Shown here piece after piece: positions 11,387-25,857 of a DNA stretch of 35,788 nucleotides. Within the stretch, counting starts at the first letter, position 1; each line of letters begins with the position of its first letter. The notes beneath the pieces are model-generated. The model was not told the DNA's origin and made no database searches. It worked only from the letters and a program-made list of their open reading frames with translations. Made by a program: the position numbers and the translations under genes. Source of the DNA: Seison nebaliae (taxonomy: Eukaryota); the NCBI GenBank assembly GCA_023231475.1, contig JALJEE010002955.1, forward strand, positions 1 to 35,788, read 5' to 3'.

Positions 11387-13530
11387 GGTTAAGATCTCTT
11401 AAAATAATTCTGATGAAGAAGAAATAAATGATAAGCAATTGAGTTTTATCGAAAAGTTTTTGTTTGTTCGAAATAGTTTTCTCTAAATGAATAGAAATCG
11501 AATATAAATGATGATGTGAGATGACGATATCAACTTAATAATAATCGATTGAAAAGGTGAAGATGTTGGGTCGTTCAATATTAAAAACTTCAATTCAACA
11601 AAATAAGATACAAACAATGTTTTATCAATCATCAGTCGACGTTATCAAACATTGACAGTCGATTTTCAACAAAAGAATTGAAAAAGTTTCAATTGGATAA
11701 ATGAAGTGATCGAAAACGATGATTGGGAAAAGAGTCAATTTCTCAATTTCTAGTGCGAAATTTCAAAAAATTTCGAAATGAGAGAAATGAACTATAGAGT
11801 GTTGATGAAAGATAATTCAGATTATTAATCTTAAGAATAAGTTTATTCTAGATGAACAATCCAAATTTCTCGAAATTATCCATTTCCTTCTTTCCTCTAG
11901 ATAACTACGAGTAAATTTGGAGAGATTACGATGATTAGGGTAGGAAAAGGAAATGAAAATTTAGAAGTTTCCCATCATTCTTTCTCTTAAATTCAAATGT
12001 GAGAGTTTTATTTAAATTTATCAATTTTCTCCATTTAATCAATCACTTAAATAGATAAATAGAAAATTACTTAAATGCGTTGGATTTCGACAATCCTTAT
12101 TTCTTCGCGATAGTTACGATAGATGAAACGGAGGTTAACAACCGTTCCTTATTTGATAGAAAATCTGTCTAAACGACATCATTATTTGATGAGCCAATTC
12201 TTTTGGGGTAGAAGATACGAAGAGTTGGAAAGAAGGGGAAATTGTGAACGTGCAAAATGAGAAAAAAGAAAAAAAAAACTATTTCAAATTTGATCGATCA
12301 GGAAAGATGTGAGACGATTGTTTTTCGTCATTTCACTTCCCCCCACACACGATAAGGTGAAGTTTCCTCGATTTGGGAAGAAATCATTAATATCTCTTAC
12401 ACCGTAAATTATCTACATTACCTAAAGAGAATGATCTATCGTCAAATTATTTCCTTTAAACTTCTCTCATTTTCGTCCTATTTATCGCCAAATTTTTGTT
12501 TGGATATAACAGAGGGAGAAGCATAATAAGGAGAAATCATGCTACAGTTCTTTCCCCCGAATTAAATTTGTTTGTATTGACGAAACGTTAAGAAGAAAAT
12601 ATGTTTCCCTATTCATCCGTTCTCATTGTTAGCGACGCGTTAAATTTGTGTAATATTGTGCAGGGAGAAGATGAAGTAATATGAGAAAGATGTTTTAACG
12701 AAAATAAAAGTGATTGTGAAACTGAATATTTATGACTCCGTAGCAGTTCCTTCAATAAATATATCTATCATTCTTCGTATTTATACGTTTATGACCTGTA
12801 TGCGCATCGTCATACATCTCAACCTCCAGATAAATGCGATTTCCTTTCACAATCGTATCTTTATTGCGTTGTTGCTTGACATTCATTGATTAAGCACTTT
12901 ACCTTCTCCTTCTCTGTTTGGTCCTGGGGAAATCCTTTCGTCGAGAACTCTTATCTCAAACTTATTCAATTTGTTTCATGAGCGTGCTTTTTGGAGGGAG
13001 AAAACATAGGAAATAATATGGTAACCTTAAGAAAACTTTTCTACGGATTAACTGGTGATGTGAATAACGATAACTAATTTGAAAGTCTTCTGAATGTCGC
13101 GTTCATTGTCATAAATGAACGTCGTATTCTTTCGTCATCTCCTTCCATCTCTTATCGAGAGTGCGGGAAAGTATTCACGTCATATCCATCAAAAACTTTT
13201 GTGAAGTTCTCATCGACTACACTTTCTTTCACTCTCTCATCATCAATCGATAGAAACTCGTGCAATTCAGTCATTCACAATACATAACATCCTCCTTCAT
13301 TGTTCACCAATTTCGACATGGTTTTTATTCAATTTAAATGATAGTGACAAAACTCTTCTTTCATCAAATCTCATCGTTATCCTATCGTTTCGACGCATCA
13401 AAATACGATTTTAATCAAAATTAATTAATAAATTTATTTTTTCAATGAAACTTTCTTCTAAGATTTTATTTACATTTTACAACAAGAATTAAACACTTCA
13501 AAGTCAGCAAATTCGCAGTTCTCCTTCCGT

Positions 13531-16500
13531 TCAATTCGGCGACGGAGTTACAGCAATTGATGGTGAGACCGGATTCGTTTTCTCACCTTTACTACTTTTC
13601 TCCTGAGTAGGTTCGGGTGGTGAATAGCCAAGTAAATCAGGTCGTCGATAGTCTTTTTGTTTCGGTTTGTTTGTTGATTTTTGGTCGAGAATGAATCCTC
13701 GTTCTCTTTTCAGTTTGTTCATAATTTCTTCATCCAAACTAAAAAAATTTTATTAAATTCTTCTCAAAAACAACGCTCATTTCTAACCCGTGATTACTGT
13801 TGGGATTTGCTGCCGGTGGTACTGGTAAAGCCAAATCAAATCCATCTTTACCTGTCAACCAATAAGTGTTCATTTTACCTTTACCTTTCAATTCTGTTTG
13901 ACCTCTCAATTCCAAACGATAGCCACCAAGTTCGTCCAATAGAATCTTACAAGTTTCACTTACATGAACTCGAAAAGCTACACAAATCAAATACAATTAA
14001 AAGAATAATTTAAAAAATTAAATAAATAATTAATAATTCAATAATAAAATAATAAAACCTGTTGATGTTGATTCCATTCGACTGGCGGTATTAACTGTAT
14101 CACCAAACAGACAATATCTTGGCATTTTCAATCCGACAACTCCAGCTACACATGTACCTGAATGAATACCAATTCTCACACGAAGAGGAAGATCAGGTAT
14201 ATGTCGTATTCGAAATTTCCCACATGAATGTAATATCTCTAAGCCCATTGTTGCTATTTCTCCTGCATGTCTATTGCCGTTAAGAACAGGTAAACCTGAA
14301 CAAACCATATAAGCATCTCCAATAGTTTCCACCTTTATGATTTGAATTAAATAATTTTTAATAATTATGTTAGATAATAAATCATTAACTTTATAAGCAT
14401 CATAATTCTCTAAAATTGAATCGAATGTCGTGTATAAATCATTCAAAAGATCCACAACTTCCAACGGCGTAGAAACCGCACTGATGGTTGTAAAACCGAC
14501 GATATCACTAAAGTAAATTGTCACACATTCATATGCTTCAGGATACACAGTTTCACCTTTCTTCAACGCTTCAGCCACCGATCTACAAAATTATGAATTG
14601 TCACAAATCCATCAAAATTAGAAATTTAACGGTGGCAACATATCGGCCAAAAGACGTTCCGTTTTCCTTTTTTCTTCTTCTAACTCTTCAGTTCGATCAC
14701 GAATTAATTCCTCCAAGTTATTCGAATACTTCTCCAACATATTAAACATCGTATCGACAATATTCACTTTCCTTATTTGAAAATTTAAAAAATTACGAAG
14801 GAAAAATCTGAGTGAACTTTCCGTGTTGTAATTCTTTGAAATGTTTGCAGAGAATATCGAAGTTGGGACGATTCTCAGGAATTTCACTCCAACATTCTTT
14901 CATAATGTGAAAATATTCTGGTGGAGCGGCCTGTTTGGAGACTGACGGTCGTAATAATGGTGGTGGTTTCTGAACTCGGGCGATGATTTCTGAGAATATT
15001 TTAAATTTAAATTTTATCCTGATATATTTTCATAAAAACCTTCTGGGCTTAAACTCGTCATAGCGAACGGAGGTTTTCTAAGAATCACTTCTTGGAGGAT
15101 TATTCCGAAAGAATAAACATCTCCAAATTGAGAACCGATTGTGAGTGTAATATCGTCACGGAAAGTACATTGTCTCAATAATTCTGGTGCTGTCCATAAA
15201 AGATCTGAAAAATAAATGTTCTCAAAATTCTATAAATCGATCATAGTCTCATTACTAACCGGACATTTGTAGTCGAATTGATTCGTTTTGTGTTGAATAA
15301 ATTTGATGTAAACCGAAATCGGTTACTTTTAATACCCAACGAGAATCGATGATACAATTTCTCGATTTTAAACTTCCATGATATTTGATAGGTGAATGAT
15401 GAACATAACGCATTCCCTAATCGCAATACAATTTTTTTGAAGAATTTTAAAAAATGAGTAACTCGTACTAAATCATTCAACATTGACCATTTGAATGTCC
15501 AATCGAGTTTTATTTCGCTTCGAAGTAAAATATCCTCCAAACTTCCACGAAGACAATATTCGAATACAAAACCAACTTGAAACGGTTCCACATATAATCC
15601 AACGAATGAATTGACATTCTCTTGACGGATATCTCTCAATTGTTTCAACTCCACTAAAGTTTTACTTTTCATTATGAATCCAGGAATTTCTAACGGTTTG
15701 AACACCACCACATCGCCTTGATAGATAGCAGTAATGAAGGATTTAGCGAAAGTTTTCAATTTGCCGCTTTCCGATTTTTGGGAGAAAGACGTTACGGATT
15801 TCTGATGGGACACTATCGAATGTGTGGTACTCACATTCATCGTGGTAGCCATTGAAGTCTTGAGAGATGATTCATTAAGAGGAACAATTTTATTGTTTCC
15901 CTTCACACTATTCTTACCGGAATTAATTATTAATTTTTCTTGTCCCTTCTAAATAATTTTTAAATGAACGATTTCCATTAAGATAAACAATAACATGATA
16001 AATTCCTGAATCTTTATGATTTGAATTGTGGAAAATTATATCTCCAGGAATCAAAATAATTTTGTTCGGTCCTTTGCTCATTTGTTTCTCAAGAATTTTA
16101 CGACTAAAAAAAGACAGAGAACATATAATTAATGATGTGAATTTCGAGAGATAAAATGAATATGATTTTTAATGATGAAATTAAATTTATGTATTTCTCT
16201 TAACCTGACTCTCTTCTCAATTAATGGAAGTAGATCGTAGGGTAAGACGGCTAATGAGCGCACTGGCTCCTTAAGAGTGATGTCTTTATATTTGAAGAAA
16301 ATTAGATCTTCAACATCAGTCATATCGTCGAGATATGAAGGATAATTGACATAATAATTATTCTCGTTAAATGTTTTCGCCGGTTTTTTCAACGAGGATT
16401 GTTTGAGGCGAATTGATCGTTTATTCTTCAGGTTAGGCATCGTCTGTTTTAATCGGTCACGAAATGAACTTCTTCTTCGTTGACGAATGGATTGAAAGCG

Positions 16501-16692
16501 GAAAGAATCACGATTAATATTCAGCAACTTCTGCTTAATGGGAAATGTTGTTGTTGTTGTCGATGGCGCGATCGTATTGACAGTTAGATGGTTAGGTGAT
16601 GATGCATTGAGTGCACCTAGTAGACTTTGTGATCTATGCATTTCTTTATTAAAATTTATATTTGATTTTTTATTCTCTCCAATTCGACCACT

Positions 16693-16728
<36 letters not shown>

Positions 16729-19700
16729 GTCATCATCATCGTCGATGGATATAGATGAATCGCTGTCTATATAATCAATATCATCTTCATTGTTTTCGTT
16801 AGAGGAGTGTGTGTTCTTTCCAATATCCTTGCATACATGATTGACGGGATTCTTTGATTTGTTTAAGATGTTCGATGGCGGCTGTATCTTATAGAGATGT
16901 ATCAATGACTTGGCAATTCCACTGTAACGTACATCATCGTCAGGATGATTTGTATTAATTTGAGTAGTATTATCTGTTCGTTTTGGTGATTGGGCAGAGA
17001 ATGAATGGAAATGTTGCAGACGTCTCAACTGATCAGAGAGAGACGGACCATTCTCTAACTGCTGAGAGTTATGCGAATAAGAATTACGTGTTACCAATTC
17101 CATCTTGTTATTATCTGATTGAGATGGGAAGGAATTTCTCTTCAATTGCTGCTCTTCATTCAACGATGTTATGAGATGATGATCATTCTCCTTATGTTGT
17201 TTGGGGGGATCGGTCGAAATTTTCGAACTTCTACTCAATCGTTTCGTTAAGCCACTCGAGTATCGACCATCGATTTGTATCGACCGAGATCGTACTTGAC
17301 GTTTCTCTTCATCACCGCAATTATTCGGATTATACATCGTCTCCTCCTTTGAACGACGTGTCTGATAAGAATAATCGAAACTTCGATTCTTCCTCGTATC
17401 AGGTCGTCGACCACGTGATGATATCGATTTACTTATCGCATGAAATCGACTCGTTAAATTTTGGAGAGTCATCATAATATTTTTCGTAGGTTGAGTCGTA
17501 GGATCAATCGATTGTCGGCGTTGATTCAAATAGTCGATCATATCCTCGATACATTCATCCGATTTCTTCGATTTGCCAATCATTTCCAAATCTTTCAACA
17601 ATTGTTCAACTGATTCTCTCAATTTAACATTTTCTTTGAATTTCAAGATACTCTCCTGTTGAGATGAACGTTCATTTTCATTCAGTTCAGCGTCCAAATC
17701 TAATTGTATTATCGAATGATCGTGTGAAGAGAGTAAAGAAGTTTTTCGTAGAATTGACGAATTTGCTGAAATGTTATCAGTGGACAAATCGTACTCATGA
17801 GTTAAATCATCTTTCTCATTGTCGTTCAATAAATCTCTTTCATTTCCAGTTTCATTATCATCATCATCATTATCATCATAGTCATTTCTCATTGCATTAG
17901 TTATGATAATACTAGGTACCTGTAAGTATGATCTATTTTCTTCGAACGGTTCAGTTTGTAATTGAACGTTCTTCTTCTTTCTATCATCACTTCCACCAGA
18001 TAAGAAAGTGGAATAAGAGGCGGTGGATAAATGGGATGAATTCTCCCATTCCTTAAAGAAGTCTTCTCGTCGACTTTCCTGAAACTTCTTATTTGTTGAC
18101 AATTCCACGATCTTGTTCGATTGAAGTGCATCGTCATGATTTCTATCTAATGGTTGCATTATCGATGGGGAGGCTTTCGAGGAAGAGTGCAACAAATTCT
18201 GACAGTTGGAAGGTAAATTGGGAGAAGTTGATGTAACTTCATTCCCAATGAGTGATTGTTGATGCGACTGTTTCCTACTCATCAGATGAGAATTGGTGAG
18301 TTGTAAGGCGGAAGTTGTCGTCATTTTTGTTAGTTCTGCACATTTCGGTTGTCGACGGACAGTACGATCGCTCAAACAACGATAAGTTTTCTTTGGTTTC
18401 TTCTTCTTCTTCTTCCGATTCATAAACGAAAAAGTATTATGGTGTTGATGTTTTGATTGTTCATCATCATCTCCTTCCGAATATGAATCATTAATTTCGT
18501 CGTTCACTATATGTGGCGTCTTCGATGTGCTTTCGTCGAAATGATGATTGTGATATGATTTCAACAAGCGACTACGATGGAAAAAATGAATATCAAATAA
18601 TTTCTTTGCCTTCCCTGGCAACTTGGCAACATTTTGTCGTCCACGATTCGTTACGTGGAGAATGTTGTGATAGACGGTTGATGATTTTTTCGACGATTCA
18701 CATGATGGAGTCGCTGATGAAATATTCATCTGATCAGAATGATGTATAGGCAAATTGAATATAGATGAATGATCATTTTCATTATTTATTTCTTTTTTTT
18801 CATTCATTTCATTAACTTCTTCAGCACTACGATGATTATTCAATGGAAGATCAATGTTATCTGCTGTTTCCCAAAAGTAATTTCTTAATTCGTCAATGAT
18901 AGATTGAACTGTTGTAGGTAACGCTACATTCCCACCAGTAATATCATCATCATCATCATCATCATCACCACCACCATCATTTTCCAACGAATAATTAGAG
19001 AGATCTCTCTTCTTCTTCTCTTGTTGCTCCAATTTCTGCTGGTACCGTTTCTGCTGTTCATTCCATTTCTTCTTATTCGACGAAGAGGAATTCATTGTGA
19101 AATTTGAATTAAAAATTCGATGGCAACTTCCTCCAAAATGATGTTCAATGAATCGTTCGTGGTCAATAATGTAATTACTGAGTGTACCGCACGCCGTCAT
19201 TACGGCATCCAGAAGAGTTTACCGATATAGAACTGAATATTCGAATAGTTTCTAATGAGATTTCCCCTTAAAAAAAACTTCAATTTCTCCTACTTCCAAA
19301 TACTTTACAGAAATCATGAATTTTATCATCACATATCATATCATATCATCTAATCGTCGAATAGAAAAATGTTGAGCAGAATTAAATCAATTTCTCATCA
19401 CCATCACTCCCACCGCTCATTCCATCAAATCGAACAAATAGGTGAGATGTTTGAGAATTCTCCGAATTTCCATCAAAATTCTTATATGTGATGATCGAGA
19501 TGATGATGACAGTTCCACCAGATAACATCATCAATATAGAGCGATCGCAGAGTGATGCAAGAAATGCAAATTCTCATTTTCGTCGTTAATGTTCTATCTC
19601 AATAATTTGTGTTATGTGAAGGTTAAATCATGTGCATTGCAGGTAATTCAAAGAGCAAGAACGCAACTGACGAAACGATTACCATCTCAAGCAATAAACT

Positions 19701-22700
19701 AATATTCTATTATATTCCTCAATACTATTATTCAGGCAACAATAAAATATCCATCTAAATTTATGCGAAAATCACCAACTACGCAATTCATTTACATATT
19801 ATTTCGACGATGATACTCTGTGCATATTAAATGCACACTATGTGCACATTATAAATTTTGTGGTTTCCCCTCCTTTTCATCCTGGCAATCTCAAAGAGCT
19901 TGTTTTTCTCGACAGCATATAAACTTACATTTCCATTTTACATCATTACATTCTCCGCTAATTCCGCTTTGCTCACGTTCTCTCCTTTATTTCCATTTTT
20001 TTTCAATCTGCCTCTTAAATAATATTAATGTTTTTTTTTCCTTTAATAATCTCGGTTTGTGATTAGAAATTCTTCAGAAAATTAATGTAAATATCACGTC
20101 TTTAGTTGCCGATTCGTTTTTCGTCATTGCTCACTAATAGATTGGAAGGGAATTCATTGGAGAAAATAAATTAAAGAGAATGCGATACAATCATCTACTT
20201 TGGTGTTAAGTGACAGAACATGTATCCTTTCAATATCATTCACCTCCAAGGAATTATATAGAATTTTTCTAAAAAGAATAATCTGACAATTAGTTGATAT
20301 GAATCATTAATCATCATTCTACGCCAATAATACTGCATGAATCGACTAGCTCTGATCAACGATGATAATAGAAATGATGATAATGACGATGATTGTATTC
20401 GTTCAGAAGAATAATATCAAGAAAAATATATTAATCATTACTTATAGAATTAAAGTCTATCAAGTAAAAAGGTGATCTGCTCAAGTTCCGATCATGTCCT
20501 TGTTATGCATAAAAAGTAAATATGGAATATTTCAATAAAACTCATGGAATGAACGACAACTTGTTGTCGAAGTACTTGATTCATATTTTTCGGAAAAAAG
20601 AAAAATTGTATGAACACTTCCGAAAATGATGACTATTATTCTACTCATCGATCGAACGACACATATACATTTCTTTATCTATCATCATCATCATCATCAT
20701 CTTTTCCATGAGAATATGAGTCTCAATTACTAGGCGAGTAATGCAAATGAATGTCGACAAGAAAAGAAAGAAGGTTCATTCTCCCCCATACTGTGAATGT
20801 GCAAGTTAATTAGCACTATAATAATCAATAACGTTATACAAATTCTAATCAATAAAAAAGAGTTCGTTCATAATCTTTTAAGATGAGACAGAGAGGGATA
20901 TGTCATCCGATTTCATTCGGAGATTAACTTTCAATTATTCTCCTCATTCTTATATAATCAGATTCCACAATCATTCCATTCCATCACATTTACGACATGT
21001 CAAATACCCCACCATCTCACATTTAATATTTGTTTTAAAGTTTTCTTTTAAGGTTTCCTCGCCAATTTCATCCCTCCAATTACTAAACCCGAAAATGATT
21101 TTCACCAAACCATTTTTTTTATCCTTCTTTATGGGAAGCCTAAGAATTTATTTAACAATATTTCGGAAGAGATTATTGCTTAACGAAAAGCAATTATCTT
21201 ACGATTAGTGAGAATTAAGCTGATTGTTTGGTCTCTTCCAAATTCCAAGAGGAGAACATCAGGTAATAAATAGAAGGATCGAACTTTCCTTGAAGAGAAA
21301 CTTACGAAAATGTATTATTGAATTCCGATTAGAAAACCTTCAAATTACAACGACAAACAAGACTTGTAAAATCGACCTGTTTGTAGTAGAATTTTCTGGA
21401 ATAAAAAGGAGATGTATTTACATTTCATAATAGAATATATGAAACTCGCAAAATTATGAAGGAATTGTAATGAAAAAGATGAAAAAGTGGAATTTATCTG
21501 ATGTGAAGGAGTCAGATGTTCGATCAATGTCTCGTTCCATCCAGATGGTGACAATGATCTATAATTAATGGATAAAATATCTATAAATTACAGGAGAGCA
21601 CAATACGGGCCATGGGTGAAGGAATATTGATAGAAGAATAATATCGGAAGTTCTTTTTTTATCGAACACTAACTGAGATTTCACTCACTTCCAATCACAA
21701 AGTGCTGACAATTTGCATAAACATTAATGTTCAAAGTTAAATTGTTTATGTGCATATTTGTACATCAATTGAGGTACATCGTTGTAGGAAGAAAGGGAAC
21801 TCGTTCGAATTTCCACCAATAAATCATTCGGTCGTCTCAGTCGACCGAGCACAAAAGTTAAACGGAAACAAATACCAGGTAATGAAGGAAGGAGGAAAGT
21901 TTCGACACATAAACAAATTCATTTTCCATTTCACTTATTCCTTACGCCTAATCAGTCAGTTTATCTTATCAACTCATACTCGATTTAGGTAATAACTCAT
22001 CTTCTTCTCAATCTTTTTCATCATTCCCCTCTCTTTACTGCATGGTATTCATTTGATTTATACATAAGAAAATAGAACATAATCGTATTATGACGAATTA
22101 TTGATAAGGAATTGTACAAAGTTATGAGAATTCGTGTCATTCTTCTTCTTTTCTTTCCTAATGATTTCACTTGGTAAAATCTGATCTTTAGTGTTGAGCG
22201 CGAAATGTTCGCGAATGATTTTATGTTCCTTTATATAATAGAAGAATAGTGAGGAATTGGAATCGAGTGAGAGAATCTCCTCTTTACGTCAGAAAGGAAA
22301 ATTAGAAAGTTTTCTCACCTAAAACTTTTACAAATTGCTACAGTGAGAATGAATGTTCTGAGGAGGCTATTCTTGTACTATTTATTTAAATGACTCGACG
22401 TTCGTCTCCTGATTTATGATAGTTGAATAGAATGCGTGCATGACTGCTCACATTATGATAGTCTTATTGTTGATAGAATGAAGTTACTGGTTTACATGCA
22501 ATCACTCTCAATGGCAAAGTGTTTCTTTGCATATTTCCTTTCTCACTAATTTCGTTGTTGACAGGTCAAACGTCTTTCATTATCAAACTAATGTTGATTA
22601 GTTAAATAAATAGACAAAATTAACCTGATACTTTCCCCCCACTACTACTACTACTGGAACTATTAATATAATGTAGTAAGATTATCTAACTGTTATCATT

Positions 22701-25333
22701 TTTTATTCCATTTCTATTACTATACGAAAATGTTCAACTCATTTATTTATCTTATTTCATCTGCTTTAATTTTTTATTAGAATCGAAAATTCTATCATCA
22801 TCATCTTCAATTTATTATGGAAATTTCTCCAATTTTACATTTTCGACACATTCGAACTTATTTTTCAGGAAAAACATTTTCTCTCCTTTTCTCAAAGGAA
22901 TTAGTACTTCCTGTAGGTAGTAAACTCGAGGCAGAATGAAAAATAGAAAATAAAATATTAAATTTACTCACCGTGTTAACCAAATGGCTAGTCCCACAAC
23001 TAGCGCAACAAATGCAGTTGATATTCCAACGTAACTTACCAATCTTTCGGTTGCTAAAGGGAAAAGTGAATTGACGGGAATAACATTTGAATTAATTGGA
23101 TAGAGAAAGAACTAACAAATTTTCCCATCATCAATAACGGGAATCGGAGGACAATAATATAATTGACACATTGTTAGGGGATCGGGTGGATTCGTACCGG
23201 CAGCTGAAGTCCAATCTATACGTGGCTCTCGAAATTTGAGAGCGTAAACAACTTGATACATAGAATTGTTATCGTTGGCGAATACGTCGGGTTGGAGAAC
23301 GGCAACCGTCCTCCATAAATCTTTAGTGAGATGCATGATCTCTTCAAAAGAGGAGGAAGAAGAAAAAGATAAGAATCATTGTCTGTTAAATGAGAAAGTT
23401 AACTGGAGAATTTCCAATCATACTCGTATTTAGTTTCTTCATCTCTCACAGCATCATTGATGTAATCGAAAACACGGAAATTGAATAAACGTTTATAATA
23501 ATAGAATCGATCAGATCTACGTATCCATCTCATATCGTACTGTTCATTAAGTACTTCCAATGTGAAGAGATCGCTGACTCGATAATTTTTTATTAACATC
23601 GTTTCGTCTGTGAAACTGTCTAATTCGCCTGAATCGGTAAAGAACGCTTCGTAATTGATTGACATATTCGTCTTATCATAATAATTAACGACGGCGAATG
23701 TCATTGCTTCAAATATATTATTCTGATATTCGTGCTGGTTCAACAACAAGGTGATCATTGCCGAAAGAGGATGGAAAATGGAACTTTCAACGATAATTGA
23801 AGTTTCGTTCGATTGAGAAATTCTTCAGTTGTTTGAGAAATATCATCATCTGGATAAGGAATAATAAACAGAATTGATCTCAGATAATCTAAACAGAATT
23901 GAATTAAGTTGAATTTGGAGGGAAAAACCGTTTATCATATGGTCTTCCCATCGATATTGAGCACAGAAACGATTATTCATACATGGTAATACGTTGGATG
24001 CGAGGAGCATATGAAGTTGAACTTTCGTCCGATATAACCGTTCATTCTCACCACAATCTGAAAATATTTCACGGAATGTACTATTCGTATAAATTGGTTG
24101 TAATAATTCATAAAGAAATTCTTGATGTTTAGCTTGGTTATTCGGTCCAAGTACAGTAGAATGAACTGGAAAATAATTTCAAATAATTCAATAAAATTCA
24201 AAATACTAACTCGAATATCGACTGATCATATTGAGAGTACATTCATATTCGTTCCAAATTGAAGAATTATCTAATTTGAATGAATCGTCGAACATCGACT
24301 CAGCAGCTCGATCTGATAAATAATCCATCAATTCAACGAGAGAGAATTCGTTGGAATAAAGTGATTTCGATATCTTCTTCGAGAAGATATGTTTCGCCAT
24401 AATATCCGAATTCAATTCCGTCATTGCTTGACTCGATTTCAAAAATAAGTCATTATTACTTGAAGTATCAATGAAAGTTGGACCGGTTTCATTTCCCGTC
24501 AATGTTTGTAATAAATCCAAAGGAGAACGAAAAAGGACATTGTTTATACGAAATGACGTTAAAAATTCTTCCGCCACACTTACCATATCACTGAATTGTT
24601 GATTGAATTGAATGAATTTCATTGATGGGAAATGATTCACTCTCCATTCTTCAAATGTTGGGAAAATTTTGCATAACGAAGAATAACGTGAACTTTTCGA
24701 TAACGTCGGTGACGCTGCACTCCATCGTTTCACATCAACATTATCCATTGAACTATCATGATTCAAAGAAACGATAATCACATGATCATTTTCTTTCATG
24801 AAATTCTTTTCCTTTCGTTGTCCATCGTCCAAAACATTCTCTTTAATTTCAGAACATAATTCATAAATGAAATCCACATTCGAAACGGAAAACGGTGCCG
24901 CCACTTGACGAGTGTCTAACATAATAACGTGAAGGAATTCCACATCCTCCTTATTGCCCGCAACTCCATCTAACACTTTGTCGATTTGTTCTTCGAAAAC
25001 CGTCAGGAAATCCACCGTGAAATTTTGATATGATATCGTCAAATAATTTGTTCGATTAACCAAAGGTACCGTTTCATGTAGCCATTCGCGGAAGGTTTGC
25101 CACGTCTCTTCGATAAGTGTTTCTTTGGAAACGTATGTGAATCGATTGAAAAATTCTTTATCAGAGAAAGATTCCGATTTCTCCTTCTCATGCTCGTTGT
25201 TTAATCCACCATCAAAATCGACGATCGGTTGCTGATCGTTAATGAAAAGGAAGAACGGTATGGTGATTTCTCCACTCACTTTCATAATAATGACCAAGTT
25301 GATCAAGAGTAATTTCACTAACTGCATCTTCAT
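13531..25333 (-). CDS. Receptor (transmembrane) guanylyl cyclase, retinal-GC-like intracellular region, 16 exons
   Basis: Signal peptide [21 protein letters not shown]. Ectodomain exons 25333-24211, 24165-23929, 23888-23785, 23734-23404, 23341-23117. TM exon 23053-22972 ([19 protein letters not shown]). Intron 22971-16104, then juxtamembrane exon 16103-15995. Kinase-homology domain ([20 protein letters not shown]), hinge ([17 protein letters not shown]) and catalytic domain ([33 protein letters not shown]) with metal-binding and GTP-specifying residues intact. Confidence 0.92.
16129..19200 (-). CDS. 1023-codon low-complexity ORF nested in cyclase intron 6; probable alternative first coding exon (19200-16205)
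   Basis: Same strand as the cyclase. The donor AG|GTTAAG at 16205/16204 is phase 2, which matches the acceptor at 16104/16103. There is an in-frame stop 18 nt upstream of ATG 19200. Rich in S/N/D/H/K, with poly-Asp tracts. Confidence 0.75.
16696..16746. repeat. (CAT)n trinucleotide microsatellite encoding poly-Asp
   Basis: catcatcat... run, read as about 16 Asp on the minus strand. Shorter runs occur near 17855-17880 and 18944-18966. Confidence 0.85.
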
Positions 25334-25857
25334 GAACGAACAACATGTACGATCAGATTGGAAGAATGAAAAGAAAAAATTTCAATAAAAAATTTATTTT
25401 CGTTTCGTTCAAATCGTAAAACTATCTTGATAAATAATCAAGATAATGATAATTATTTATCATCTACAACATCTTATGCGACAAGTTCTCCATCACCGAA
25501 ATTATGTTAAAAATGTGCACGATATATGAGAGATCATCACAACGACGAAAAATAACATTCAAACAAATTAAGAAACATGCCATCAATTACGATGCTTCAC
25601 AGTAGGTATTTCTTTCGATCACTACCCCAAAAAATGACAAGAAGATATTTAATTAAATATTTGTGGAATTTTAGTTTTTTTTGACGAATTTCTATTCATA
25701 AGAATATTCTCGACAAAATGAGACAAATGGAATTTGATCGATTAAAGTACAAGTTAAATGGAACATAATTTATTCAATTAAACAAAATTAAAAAAAAACA
25801 AATAGATGGAATCGGTGGATGAGTTTTGGGAGAAGGAAATTTTGGAAGATTTTTTTT

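Noticed and set aside
12740..13320. Short coding-looking minus-strand segments between the Cys/Pro gene and the cyclase 3' end
   Set aside because: I could not build a phase-consistent spliced model or recognise homology. A small gene is not excluded.
19820..21992. Small 60-100 aa ORFs within the long cyclase intron
   Set aside because: No motifs, composition like noncoding AT-rich DNA, and no transposase or RT signature.
23735..23784. Apparent frameshift in the cyclase ectodomain
   Set aside because: Resolved by a 50-nt GT-AG phase-0 intron (SLK|HEYQ).
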